From: Eutreptiella sp. 'Long Island Sound 2002'
Taxonomy: Eukaryota > Protista > Euglenida
Direction: 5' to 3'
Assembly (NCBI GenBank): GCA_964036045.1
Contig: OZ038378.1
Location: 200,384,001 to 200,448,000, forward strand
Length of the DNA: 64,000 bases
Part shown: piece by piece, positions 24,851 through 38,379 of the stretch
Layout of the letters: every line of letters starts with the position of its first letter
Numbering within the stretch: the stretch's first letter is position 1
Translations under genes and position numbers: made by a program
The notes under the pieces: generated by a model
Told to the model about the DNA's origin: nothing
The model's database searches: none
The model's input: only the letters and a program-made list of their open reading frames with translations

Positions 24851-25759
24851 TTTACATGGCCATGCCCGTTGATTGCATTCCCACATGTGGTCACGTACTG
24901 TGGCGGGGTTGTGCCAGTCAGATTACACGTCACGCTCGTCCACCGTCACGGAAGGGAATTTTGGACAAGACAATCTTACACAGGCTGAGTAGCCAGCTTC
25001 GACGAAAAATAAAGTAGGATCAGAAAGAAAAAATTCAGGAAATGCGAAAAAAAGGCGGTATATTCAGATCAGCGATAGTGATAGCGATAGTGACACCAAA
25101 AAACCGCTGAAGGGGAGGAAGAGCAGGGACGGACCAGGGAAGAGGCAGGTGCCCTCAACAGGTTGAAGCATGCGACACACCCACCGTCTGCTGAATGAGA
25201 GGTTTCCCCTCCAACCTTCCTCACTCCTATGTTGGTGCCAGGTGTGATCCGATGGGTAACAGAGCCAACCTCTTGAAACAGCGTGTGCCAAATAGATACG
25301 ATACAAGCACAATAAAATACAGTACAAACCTTGGAGAGAAAGCAGGCTAGAATGCCATGACTCCGCGCGCCGACTGTGCATGATCGATTTGATTTTCCCA
25401 ACCGACCAACAGGAGCCCCCTGCTTTAGACCCCTCCGATATCCGCTCAACAGCAAACTGCACACCGGGCTTTGTAATCTTATTTATGCCCTCATTCAATT
25501 GTTGATTCGCAGGGGTCTCTATTATCCAAGCCAGGTCACCCAGGAAGGTTTTTTCAAGTGTATGGGGTATCTCAATGTCACATTGTAAGTTGGACAGGAC
25601 GATTTCATGGGTGACATCCGGGGGGTTGCACATTGTGCCCTGAAATATCAAATTAAACGCATTTACGAAGTCGCCAACAATGCTAGGCGTGCACCCCTGA
25701 AGCGTGTATCACGAACAAAGCCGAAGCTAAAATTCAAGGTCAAATACTGGCCACGGACC

Positions 25760-28700
25760 ATGCAGGCAGTGTCGCGGGCGGACAAACCTGGTACCCTTGA
25801 GGAAAGCGCCATGCCGCTGTGGCGTCCTCGAACGTGGACCTGGTACGGGTGGAGGCTCCGCGCCTTGGCGGCCTACGCGGCGAGAATGAGCCCGCCTACT
25901 GTCACCACAACATTGGCGGGCCTGCTGGCCGAGAGGGCCCAGATGGGGGCTACCGCCTCGGCCCTTAGGGGCATCATCTTAGCGGTGCGGGGCATCGAAG
26001 GCATCTAGTGGATCCCTCTATCGGTTACCGCTCTACACCAGCGAACCGCGGCCGGCGCCCCATCCGCCGGCCTCCAGCCCTACCTACCGCCAGCAGGGCT
26101 GGTCATGCTGGTCGATCGGGCAGCGGATTGCAAGTATGGCCCTCTATTTGGCGCTCTTGCGACCTTGGCGTGGATGGGTTTCTGGCGGGTCAGTGAGGTG
26201 GCCGCTCTCTGGGTCGCGGATGTCGCCTTGTCTTGGTTTATCTAGTTCTGGAACTCAAAGACAAGTGAAGAGGAGTACACTATGAGACCCCTGTCCCGAT
26301 ATGCCGACGGTGTTAGGGCCTAGGTCCACTAGCTCATGGTGGACCTGGGCGGTAAATCCGAAATGCTAGTTTGGGACGCAGGAGAATCTGGGCTTGAAGC
26401 GGGTATGGCGGAGTGCCTCGCGAACACCAGCCATGCTCAGGCTAGGTGGCACGCGCTGCTGAGAAGTGGGGCGGCGGCCTGTTGGGCGCAAAAGCCCGAC
26501 CTCGCCTATTGTAAGTGGTGCGGTCGCTGGCAGAGCACGGCCGTCGCCCTGCAATACGCCACACGGTGGAAAGACCCAGCAGTCATTGCCCCGACGGTCA
26601 TTCCGGTCCGGTCTGACAGTAAAGAATCAGCTCACTGCTTTTCCTTTTCTGTACATACTTCAGGTCCAGTCCGTTGTCTTATAGTACGATGGTTGCGTTG
26701 ATCGCGCTAGGCCGTGTTTTTTCCACAACAGGGGGATGGAAGGACCGCGCGGAGCCTTACTCATCTCTGCTGAACGGACCCCGAGAAACCACCAGGACCC
26801 ACAGTGGGTCAACAAGTGCCTCCATCAAGCGACGTGTCCATAGTACGAACCGCAGCAGAACGCTGAAGGTGATGACATGGTTTAAAAGACCCAACAGTCA
26901 TTGCCCCGACGGTCCTGGTGGTCTAGCCCAGGAGCGGCAATCTTGGTGCATTACCTGTTCGGGCCGGCATCATGTCCATCTGAGGTCCCGCGATGTATCC
27001 CGAGATCGCCCGTGCGATGGATACACCTACTAACCGGAAAGCCCAGCAGCCATTCCAAAAAGCGACTGAGGGAGAGCGACCACTCCGAGGAGCAAGCCAA
27101 GGAGAGGCCGACGCCCTTGCCTCGACATCGGGGTAGGAATCCCCAACTGGAGCGGCCGTGGAGGGCATGGACGGATAGACAGCCCCTGAGTCCTTGGGCC
27201 GTGAGACCACGGCCCTGGAGGCTGTCACCTGGGGGTGGCGGCGGGTCGTGCGGAAGGCTTTGGTCCTATGGCGCTGCCTGACTCGAAGCCTTGGTTTGTG
27301 CCTGGCGCCGTGGTCGTTGTTGATGCTGAACAAACCAGGCACGCCACTGCGCGGGGTGGGCAGCGCTGTGTAGCCCCCGGAGCTGCAAGAGTCCGTGCCC
27401 CCGGAACGAGGATGGGGGAAAACCGCAGGTCCCATCAACGTCCATTCCGATGTGGACACCGACGATGATAGCGGGGGCTTTGATGACGAGCCTGATGGCA
27501 GCTTCACAGTGGCCCACTACCGCCAGCCCCATCAGGACTCGCGGCAGGACGTCCAAGTTTGCCGGGCGCGAACAACCGGGACCTCTGCAGCCGCCAGCGA
27601 CCGGTCCGAGCGGCTGGACTGGTGGGCCGTGTCTACCGCGTACACGTGGGCCTGCGTAGCTCTCCGGTGGTCCTGGGCGGTCATAAGGCCTTGCAAACCC
27701 CCTCCGCCCCACGGCGTGAAGTTGGCGGACGTTGACTGGCCTCATCTACAGGGATGCCACCTGCCAAGAGGGGCCGGGGTGAGGGCGGTAGGCCCCACGC
27801 CTCGTCGCCGGAGGAAAGCCCGCTTGCGAGTGCCTTCGTGGCTACTGCTGGGCGGCTCGCGGCCAAGGCGCGGTCGCGTCGCGGCGCGGGAGCGCCAACC
27901 GGGACCCCGCTATAAGGGCCTGGACAGGGGGGATAGGGTGCGCGAGGAACCCCGCTGCATTTGGAGTTCATGCAAGCCCTGACCCCCCATTTTGCCTGGA
28001 TCGCGAACCGCACGCGTTCCAGCCTTTCGCTGGTCGCCAAGCGTGGTCAGCTTTGCCTGGACCGTGTGTTGGATGCGGCCGAGAACTTTCGCCTTCGCCG
28101 TGCGTTGCCGCAGATTTTGTCGGCGTAAAACGAGCCGAGCCCGGACTCCTGGAACTGTACTGCGTATTGTGCTACAGGGTTTACTACATCTCTGTGTGTC
28201 TGTGTGTGTGTGTGTGTGTGTGTGGATACCTCCGCTTTTTCTTGGGTACCCCCCTCCCGTCGCGTGGATGGGTGGGTTGGTTGTCCACCCGTTGGGTTGG
28301 GGGTGAAGGCGGCAGGTTCAAAAACTGTGGGGAGCCCGCTCATGATGCCAACGTGACAATGTCTTGGAACTGCCCCAGCCATTGGGAGAGGCGTGCCTTC
28401 ACGCCACCACTTCACCAGTGCCCAGAGCAGTGGAGGAGGTGGATGACGAAATCTTGGGCCGTGGCTTGGGGCCCGCCGGCAATTTTTGCGCACCGGACAA
28501 CCTCCGGAGGTCGGTAGTCCCCGAATTTTATGCAGACTACCTTCGCGCGTTCATCGTAGAAGAGTCTTGGGAGGATGGGCCTAGGATGGTCAAAGGCTCG
28601 TCTAGGTGGGTATCACACCGGGTGGAGAGGATTGTCTCGGCACTGCGGGGGGCGGGGGTGTACGAGGTACCCGCTGACCCCCTCCCTGTTACTCGTTTGT

Positions 28701-30030
28701 CATCCCCAAGTCCTCCGAAAAGGTGAGCCTGATTTTGAGTTGCATCAAGCTCAATAAGCAGGATGGAGTTAAGCCCCCCACCTTCAAGCTTGATTCGTGG
28801 TAAGACCTAGCGAGGGCTCTCACATATGTGACACCGGATGTCCCCCTTTTGGGTGTCCACATTGACCTCAAAAACGCCTTTTGGTCTTTCCGCCAACCCC
28901 CGCAAGCCCGTAGGATCTTCCGCTTCCGGCCGGGCCCGGGTTTGGCACCGGTGGAGCTAGGGCGCCTCCCTTCTGGGTGGAAGTACAACCCCTATTTTTG
29001 CCAAACGGCACTGGCCAGCGTCCTGCAGGGTGTTCTCCCGCCCGGGGTTTTGTTGGTCCATTATCTGGACGTCTTCCTCCTTGTCTATAGTGACTGGGAA
29101 GTTTTGCAGAATGCGGGTTGTGATGCGGTGCACGCGTTGGTGCGCGTAGGTTCCTGATGAGCCCGAAGAGCTTGCTGGATCCGTTAGAGGTTGTGGGGTT
29201 TTTGGGAAAATCCGTGAATCTGTCGGCCAGACGAATTGCAAGCCACCCACACGCGCTCCTTCAGCTTTCGGTGGGGTGGATCCTTATTGCGGTGGGTGGG
29301 GGGGGGGGAGAAATCCCACCACCTCCGCAACTTTCTTGGGTTGCTCAATTGCCATGTCCGGCCGCGCGGCTTGGGCTGCCCCTTTGCGGTGGGGGCATGG
29401 TGCTGGCTGCGGTGGGGAAGGTCGGTGAATGGGGACAGGCAACCCAGTCAGGGACTGCCCCTCAAAGTCTTGCATGAGCTGGCCAACTTGATGTCCCCTG
29501 TAGCAGAACCGTGGAAAGCCCCGTCGCAAAAAGCTTGGTCCCACCTTTGCCAATTCAATTTCGGGATGGATGTAGCCCCCAGCAGTTCCACGATTTGGGC
29601 GGGAGACCTGTTGGCCTGTGTGGATGGCGCAAGGGACGCAGGAAGGTGGAGGATCAGTGCCCTTGTCCCTTTTTTGGGAGTTCGGTCGTTTGTTTCCCTT
29701 GAGAGACAATACGCTAGCCAGTAGACCACGGAGCTCCATGCCAGAGCGTGGGCGGTGTGCTTGGCGGTGCGGCTCGGGCGGTCTTCCCTAACCGTGTGCA
29801 GTGACAGCTAGGTGGCAATCGCCTAGGTCTTGGCCCTCAAGGCCGCCAGCAATTTGGCGCACCGGCAGTCCATCTTGCGTGCTTTGGCCAGGGTCCCGTG
29901 GGTGTCTGGTCTGATCCGGAGGTTCATTTGGGTCCCGTCCGAATTGCACCCTGGGAATCCCATGTCGAGGGTTAACTCCAATTTCCGAGGGTCGCAAGCT
30001 AAGGTTGAGGTTGCTGCATGGGAGGTCTGG
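25760..30030 (+). mobile_element. Decayed tyrosine-recombinase retrotransposon (YR then RT/RNase H; gag end missing)
   Basis: YR: 'FWRVSE', 'RWHALLRSGAA', 'GRWQSTAVALQY'. RT: 'HIDLKNAFW', 'RLPSGWKYNP', 'HYLDV'. RNase H: 'CVDGA', 'CSDS*', 'HPGNPMSR'. Many stops and frameshifts. Confidence 0.85.
28193..28224. repeat. (TG)n microsatellite
   Basis: Nearly perfect TG run. Confidence 0.9.
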
Positions 30031-31042
30031 CGCCGTCTACTAAACAGGTTTGGTGATGCTACGCTACGGAGGGTGGTTTGCCTGAGGAATCCGTGATTGT
30101 GTTCTGCTGTGTGTGCCTAGTCTTTTTGTGCATGACCTGCCTCGTGGGGGTAAGAAAGCTAAGCGACGCCCTAGAGGAGGCCACCACCACACGCGTTCGG
30201 TGCAGGCCCTCGCATGCTGCCGGGAACTCGCACGTCGACTTCTGTGCGAGGTGCGGTCTTGCAGGCTGGCGCGGCGACCGGTACGCGGTGTTTGGCTGGG
30301 CACGCAGGCCCGGCTGGATTTCCGGCAGCCCTGCACGAAAGAGGACGCCCCGGGGTTGCTGGTGCAGGTGTCCGCGGACTTGGCGCAGCGGCTGCATTCG
30401 AGGGCCGAGGTAGCCTGGACGTCAAGGAAGACAGCGAGGGCCACCTTTGCCGCCATCGGTGCAGGGTGCGCTCGGGATTGCACACCGTGTACTTGACCCT
30501 GTCCTCGCACCACAGGGAGCACGGCCTTGCCCTCCCTTACATGTGGTTGCAGGAATCACAGGCGCAGGTTTGGCGCGTGGTGGGTTTCTTTAGACCCTAA
30601 CCGCCGTGACTTCATTGCGGTGCGTGCGTTGCTCGGCGGGGGGCGCGCCTGGTGCCGTGGCCGTTCGGCTACCGAGCGTCCGGGCGCTCTGCCATCGAAT
30701 TGGCATTTGCGTTTCTATGATGTGACCTGTCTGGAATTCTGTTTCACGTCCGTCTAACCTGACCTTGGCAACTTGCGCTTGTGGTGTGTCATCGCTGAGA
30801 GGGTGAGTTTGTGGCTAGGGTCGCTTGGAGGGTCATCATCTTCCTTGCTACCGGGATTTGTCCTGATTTGTTCCAATTTTGAACTCAGTACTTACCGCAC
30901 GCGCGTGCCAGTTGCAGCGGGGAGAGGGCAGGAGGGGGGGGGGGGCAGCTCTACAGTCGCGTGGCAATTTTGAGTTGGGACCGCGGCAGTGCCTGAGCGG
31001 CAGTGCCTCAGCAGGAGGGCGAGCCCAGGCGGAGAATGAATA

Positions 31043-31452
31043 CCCAAATTCTGTTGGAGTGTTTTTGTGCTCCGCCTTTGCAAACACTAGTTGAACCTCA
31101 TTTCAACTTTTGTTTGCATCTCCACTTAGGCAGTTTTTCTGTCTTTGCTTGCCCCCCCCACCCACACACCCCGGAGACGTGCTGGCGCATGCGTGTGTTT
31201 GCCTTCCATCTGTTGCTCTTTGTGTTTTGAAACTGGTACCAACTGGGGTTACTAGGTCAGGCCTGGCTGAGTTGCAGTTTATTCTTCGGTGTGTTTGGGC
31301 TAGGGTCGGTGTGTAGGTGGAGTCCCGCATTGCGGAGTGGAGATACAACGCACCCGTCCATGTTATCGCCGGCGTTGCCGGCCTTTGGTGACACGTACTG
31401 ATGCCGTCCCAAATTCTGTTGCAGTGTTTTTGTGCTCCGCCCTTGCAAACAT
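31043..31452. repeat. Pair of ~45-bp direct repeats (31043..31087 and 31408..31452)
   Basis: cccaaattctgttg(g/c)agtgtttttgtgctccgcc(t/c)ttgcaaaca occurs twice. Confidence 0.8.
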
Positions 31453-32679
31453 CAGAAGTTGCTACCCAAAATAGCCTACTTTTCGCACAGCGCGCGCACA
31501 GCGCACACAACACCCCCGTTTATTGCATTCTACTTGGAGCTGGCAATATGAGCTACAATGGACTGCATTTTATTTCATGGTGGACCAATTCCTCGCCATA
31601 GCTAGCCTACCATTCCCAGGCAGTACATATTCCATGTGCATCGACAACAACATCATTCATGTGCCACCCTTCAACACACATGCAGCAACAAGACGTGCCG
31701 TACAAACAACACTTTGGGTGCAGCAGTACCTTACCACACACCAATATACGCCCCGCAAGCACAGTGAATCAAACCAAACGCACTTCCAACTAGCAATACT
31801 CAACACGGCACTACACATGCATAACACTCTATTTCAACCGAAAAATTATGGAAACAACACCAGGTGTTGATTGGATAAAATGTAGTCTGCATAAATGCAA
31901 TGGAGGATGCCATGTGCTGTGTGACTTACACATCACAGACAAGAGGCAGCGAAAAACAGGGGGCGTTGAATGATGGGAAGTGTACTCATGCGTTGTGTTC
32001 TGTCTCTGCTTAGGTATTTGTACCCAATTTACGACGTGATTGATGGGTAGGTGCATCATTGGGTAGCATGCAGCGGTTGACGCGATGTGCAGGGTTGGTG
32101 GTATGGGAGGCAACAATAGTTTGTGTGTACAGCAGCAAGGCAGTATTATTCAAAGCTGGTGTATCTTTTGGACCACAGGTACATGTTCGCCCAGACGAAT
32201 ACAGCACTGCTCTAATATTTTTGGCTTGGATACCGTGGTGCTCAACCTATGTGCCGGGGAGCACACATACACACAGGTAGATATCAACGTGATGGCAGGG
32301 CTTCCGCTTCCCACTACAGTTGTCATGCCACAATTTGTACCCTGCCAACCCCCAAACCGAAGTCCCAGTGAAAAACCAAGATATGTGCCAGCAGGGGGGC
32401 AAAATGCCAGGCACCAGTGCCCAAAATTATGCAGACAAACAGCGGGTGTACACTTGAAGTATGCCAGAGCAGTCTTCAGGTCCTGCAGTGCAAACTGCAG
32501 CGCAAATCAGGACCAGACACGAACACACACAGCACAAACAGGACACATTTAGTGATTGGTGCTCGGGGCTCACTCTAACCTGGGTTCAACCAAGTCATCC
32601 CTCTCCGTTATCTTGGAGGGGTAAGCCGCTGCACCAAGGGTCCAGCCGCTCAATGCACACAGTACAGAGGTACTAGTTG

Positions 32680-33250
32680 CACTATGGACATAGCACACCT
32701 ATAACACACCGTAAACGGTACGTTGCCCTCCGCATTGGTGCGATATGGTCTGTTGTGAGATCGGTGTGCTGCCCGCCATGGGCTTCATGGGAATGGCACC
32801 TCAGCACCCAGCCAGTTATCCAAGACACACAGACTCTGACCCAACATACCGTATGCAGTGTCCCACCAGCGGAAGGTCGCAGTTGGTGCCGGCAACCCTT
32901 ATTTTCATCCTCATGAGGGGTATCCATTTCTTTGTTGGTGTTGGAGCTTCCCCTCCCGCAATGAAGATGGACCACGCATTCTTGGGTTTGTCTTGTTGCA
33001 TGGGTAGCCTTGTCCCCTTTTTTGCAAGCCTATCCGCCAGGTCATTCATCTTGATGTCTAGGCACTCCCCTGCATCCTTGGCCACTGCCATGCTTTGATG
33101 TGACGGCATCCGTCTGGATGTGACGCCTTTGTTTGTTGTTGTGGCCACCGCCTCCATGCGCAGATCCATATCGGAGGCTTCCCTGTGTGGTACCTGATGT
33201 GCAACTTTGTGCACTGCCTAGTTATCAAACACCAGTGTCCCGTCTTGGAA
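32680..33250 (-). mobile_element. Non-LTR retrotransposon remnant (RNase H C-terminus)
   Basis: 'RRMPSH...KMNDLADRLAKKG' matches the RNase H tail 'SH..NxxADxLAKxG'. Confidence 0.5.
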
Positions 33251-35001
33251 AACAGAATTAAAGAGGATGATGTGGCCACGTGCTGGGCGTGTGGTGGAAT
33301 GGCTGCCGCACTGGCTCCGGTAGGCGGATGTGAGTCACATTCAATACCAGGGTAAGGCATCGGAGATATACCCAAACCCCCAGATATAACCTCCGTCAAC
33401 TTGGTAACCAATTCACCCAGACTGCCAGTAGTTTGGTTGATCTTGATATCCATAGTAGCCAATGTTTGATCACTTGCCACTTGGGATTCCTTCATCATTT
33501 TGGCCAGTTCTTCAAACTTGTCTGAAAGATGCTTAATATCCGCACGACAGGAGCAGTTTTCAGGACAGTTCCCACAAGAGGCACACACCGACGGCGTTTT
33601 TCCCTTCGCTCTGTGCTTAGATCTTTTGATCAACTCTTCAATCTCCTTTTTAACCCACTCATCCATACCTGAAGCCTTGGATGTTTGAGATGAGGTTTCT
33701 TCTTCTAGAATGCGCAGCGAAGTATGTGATAAAACAGAACACATATCTTCGTCGGACCCCGTCCTGAGAGTTGGGCCCTTGGAGGGAACATACGAGCCTT
33801 CCATCCTGGCCGCAGCTCTTGTATCTTCTTCTTCCTGTTCACAGACCAATATTTGAGTATCATTATTGTGTATCAATAATTTCTAGTCATCATCTTCTTC
33901 CAAGCAAATATCAAAACGAATTCTGTCGACAGACATATAAAATTCGTTCAATGCCAACAATACCCGCTTCGATGCAACCAAGAATCGCTTGTAATAGCTC
34001 TCTTCCATCTTGATTTTTCGACGATTATTGTCTACAAGCCAAATAAATGCTTGAATTATGTCTTCAAAGTATTCACTTTCCTTCCTTTGGAAAGATCCGG
34101 CGGAGCTAGTTCCTGATTCCAGCGCAGGCGGCGCTCCGTCAGACTTTTCAGACTCCTCGTCGCCCTCCGGCGAGTCTTTTCAGTCGGGATCTTCAAAGTT
34201 ATTACAACAATGAGCAGGAGATTTAGGTCCAGAGTAGTGAATGTGTCCACAAATTGGACACCCCGAGGAGGATGCAGTAGGATTACCCACGGATCTTGTT
34301 CCCTCCTGGACAGTATCCTCTGCTGGGGTTTCTCCGGCAACCATCCGTTCGAGGAATCCCTCGAATGAAGAGACAGAAGGAGCAGTAGAGGCTCCTAAAC
34401 CTCTGCTACCATGTAGCTGCTTATTGCCACAGAATCTCATAACCGAAGTCGGATCAGACCTTGATGTTTGACCGGACCTTGTGGCGGTACCTCGTACAAC
34501 ACCTTCACACTCCCGGGAACCCAAGGGCACGGCGACAGCAGGCGAAACCAATGAAATATGGGCTGCCGCAGACATATTGTCAGGCATGGTGTAAGTTGAA
34601 TGTGCAACAGATCCCGACCTATAAAAATGGGGTAGGCATAGGATTGAAATGGCTATCCATTGGGAGTAATGGTATGCCATGAAATGCATTGAAAAATTTA
34701 TAAAAAATCGGATGATAAAACATGTTCGGCGACATCTGACCGCACGCGGGCGACAATCATCGCTCGGCGCGTCACCACAGGAACAAATGAATAGAATTCG
34801 ATTCGCAGCAAATTTATGTCAATTTATACATGGGGTGAACCAATTTGAGCTACTCTTTCGCCGTTACACAGTGACAATTGTTTCCATCTTGCACTCCCCT
34901 CTCACCGCGAGACAGGTAGCCATGTGGAACCCTCTCATCGTGAGAGGGGTATCCATGTGGACCCCTGTCACCGTGAGGTAGGGGACCCATGTGGACACAA
35001 G

Positions 35002-35128
35002 AGTCACAGGCGTCACAAGTGTTACAAGTGTTGTAAGTGTCACAGGTCTCACAAGTGTCACAGGTGTCACAGAGGTCACAGGTGTCACAAGTCTCACAAG
35101 AGTCACAGGTGTCACAAGTGCCACAGGA
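35002..35128. repeat. 9-bp tandem repeat (GTCACARGT)n, about 14 copies
   Basis: gtcacaggc gtcacaagt gttacaagt ... gtcacaggt gtcacaagt. This is the source of the spurious CDTCDT/VTPVTL ORFs. Confidence 0.9.
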
Positions 35129-35300
35129 GCCCCTTAGCACCTCAGAACAGCAACTGCCCTGGGCATGACAGATACCTCACACCGCAATGCTCAGTTGCCT
35201 TATTTCCAACAAAACAAACCCAGTAAAAAAACACAAACCCGAGAAATCCGTTTTTTTGTGAACTGATTCCATTGGGCAAATTTCTCCTTCCATGACATTA

Positions 35301-37400
35301 TGACAAGATCAACAAAAGTAAAATCTTCGACAAAGAGCACACATTATTCTAGCCATATCAACTGACGTTGGTGTTGAGAGTTAAAACAAGTACTGTTGGG
35401 GCAAGCCCAAGAAGGTTGGCTGTCAGCGATAAACTGGCAAAATTAACATCTGACAAGAGCAACAAAAGTAAACTCTTCGACAAAGAGCACACATTATTCT
35501 AGCCATATCAACTGATGTTGGTGTTCAGAGTTAAAACAAGTACTGTTGGGGCAAGCCCAAGAAGGTTGGCTGTCAGCGATAGATTGGCAAAATTAACATA
35601 TGACAAGATCAACAAAAGTAAAATCTTCGACAAAGAGCACACATTATTCTAGCCATATCAACTGATGTTGGTGTTCAGAGTTAAAACAAGTACTTTTGGG
35701 GCAAGCCCAAGAAGGTTGGCTGTCAGCGATAGACTGGCAAAATTAATATATGACAAGATCAACAGAAGTAAAATCTTCGACAAAGAGCACACATTATTCT
35801 AGCCATATCAACTGACGTTGGTGTTCAGAGTTCAAACAAGTACTATTGGGGCAAGCCCAAGAAGGTTGGCTGTCAGCGATAGACTGGCAAAATTAACATA
35901 TGACAAGAGCAACAAAAGTAAAATCTTCGACAAAGAGCACACATTATTCTAGCCATATCAACTGATGTTGGTGTTCAGAGTTAAAACAAGTACTGTTGGG
36001 GCAAGCCCTAGAAGGTTGGCTGTCAGCGATAGATTGGCAAAATTAACATATGACAAGATCAACAAAAGTAAAATCTTCGACAAAGAGCACACATTATTCT
36101 AGCCATATCAAGTGACGTTGGTGTTCAGAGTTAAAACAAGTAATGTTGGGGCAAGCCCAAGAAGGCTGGCTGTCAGCGATAGATTGGCAAAATTAACATA
36201 TGACAAGAGCAACAAAAGTAAAATCTTCGACAAAGAGCACACATTATTCTAGCCATATCAACTGATGTTGGTGTTCAGAGTTAAAACAAGTACTGTTGGG
36301 GCAAGCCCAAGAAGGTTGGCTGTCAGCGATAGATTGGCAAAATTAACATATGACAAGATCAACAAAAGTAAAATCTTCGACAAAGAGCACACATTATTCT
36401 AGCCATATCAACCGATGTTGGTGTTCAGAGTTAAAACAAGTACTTTTGGGGCAAGCCCAAGAAGGTTGGCTGTCAGCGATAGACTGGCAAAATTAACATA
36501 TGACAAGATCAACAAAAGAAAAATCTTCGACAAAGAGCACACATTATTCTAGCCATATCAACTGATGTTGGTGTTCAGAGTTCAAACAAGTAATGTTGGG
36601 GCAAGCCCAAGAAGGTTGGCTGTCAGCGATAGATTGGCAAAATTAACATATGACAAGAGCAACAAAAGTAAAATCTTCGACAAAGAGCACACATTATTCT
36701 AGCCATATCAACTGATGTTGGTGTTCAGAGTTAAAACAAGTACTGTTGGGGCAAGCCCAAGAAGGTTGGCTGTCAGCGATAGATTGGCAAAATTAACATA
36801 TGACAAGAGCAACAAAAGTAAAATCTTCGACAAAGAGCACACATTATTCTAGCCATATCAACTGACGTTGGTGTTCAGAGTTAAAACAAGTACTGTCAGG
36901 GCAAGCCCAAGAAGGTTGGCTGTCAGCGATAGATTGGCAAAATTAACATATGACAAGAGCAACAAAAGTAAAATCTTCGACAAAGAGCACACATTATTCT
37001 AGCCATATCAACTGATGTTGGTGTTCAGAGTGAAAACAAGTACTGTCAGGGCAAGCCAAAGAAGGTTGGCTGTCAGCGATAGACTGGCAAAATTAACATA
37101 TGACAAGATCAACAAAAGTAAAATCTTCGACAAAGAGCACATATTATTCTAGCCATATCAACTGACGTTGGTGTTCATAGTTAAAACAAGTACTGTTGGG
37201 GCAAGCCCAAGAAGGTTGGCTGTCAGCGATAGATTGGCAAAATTAACATATGACAAGAGCAACAAAAGTAAAATCTTCGACAAAGAGTAGACATTATTCT
37301 AGTCATATCAACTGATGTTGGTGTTCAGGGTTAAAACAAGTATTGTAAGGGCAAGCCCAAGAAGGTCGGCTGTTGGCGATAGATTGGCAAAATTAACATA
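35301..37400. repeat. 150-bp satellite, 14 tandem copies
   Basis: The unit tgacaagatcaacaaaagtaaaatcttcga...ggcaaaattaacata recurs every 150 nt with scattered point variants. Confidence 0.97.
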
Positions 37401-38379
37401 AGCTGCTTTGATAGGTGGGCATCATTTGGGGAACACTGAATCTGTGCTGATACCTATTGCTGGGACTTTGACTTTGGTGCGCAGGACTGTGGAAGGAACC
37501 TCTAACAACAGTGGTGTACAAAGCTCAACTGCCCAAAACTGTGGCGTTGCTTGCCTTGCCAAACTCCCCCAAAATACAACATCCAAAAAAGGGTGTAGGG
37601 TATTAAATACAGGTGTAAAAGGTGGATCGCGGAATGGGTTGGAGCTCATGCATATTGGTGCTCTCCTACCTCAGGGCCTCACCTGGGCAGATGTGACCCC
37701 TCCCTACCCTAGTTCACCCCAACCGCCAGGCTACTGATCTGGAAGTTCCCGGGTTCTGAGGAGGTTAACAGGTTCACCACAGGGGTATAACAAGGCATCA
37801 CTGCAGCATGCCACGTCTCCTGCCCTCTAGATCATCAGCAATGGCTGTGTCGCCTACCCGCAAAAATGATTTGACCCGATTGGGCTTAAAACTGGCATGT
37901 GAGAACAAACAAATTGTGCTTCACATTGTGTTCTGAAACCGGATTTGTGGTGAATATCTTCATCATACATTGGAAAAGGCGTTTTTGCTCTTTGCACCTG
38001 CATCTTTGGGTGGCAAAAATCACACCTGCCTTACTCTGCAGCTCTGCTTTCTAGCAGGGGAAATTTGAGGATCAACACATGCAAATACATTGGACATTCC
38101 TGGGCACAATGGTGGTCAGTAACAGATACCGGATGCCACGCAATTCCAGCCCATGTTCTCAATGTCCATTTGTGTGCTCCAATATGCTACAGAGATCTGT
38201 GTCACAGCATCACTGTGCAAAAAAGACGATATAGCACTCGCCCCTCGGCAAGGAAAACGATATATAGCACTCTCTCCTGACAAAAAAAAAAGCAGTATAC
38301 AGCACTCTCCTGTACAAACGATGTACAGCACCCTCCCGTGTACAAAAAAAAAACAATTTCTTCGGACGGCCTTGGATTA

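Noticed and set aside
34850-35226. Cys-rich metallothionein-like ORFs (CDTCDT..)
   Set aside because: These are translations of the 9-bp tandem repeat.
35301-37400. 150-bp satellite as a 50-aa coding repeat (one plus frame has just one TAG per unit)
   Set aside because: Every unit has the stop, the peptide has no recognisable motif, and one stop in 50 codons is within chance.
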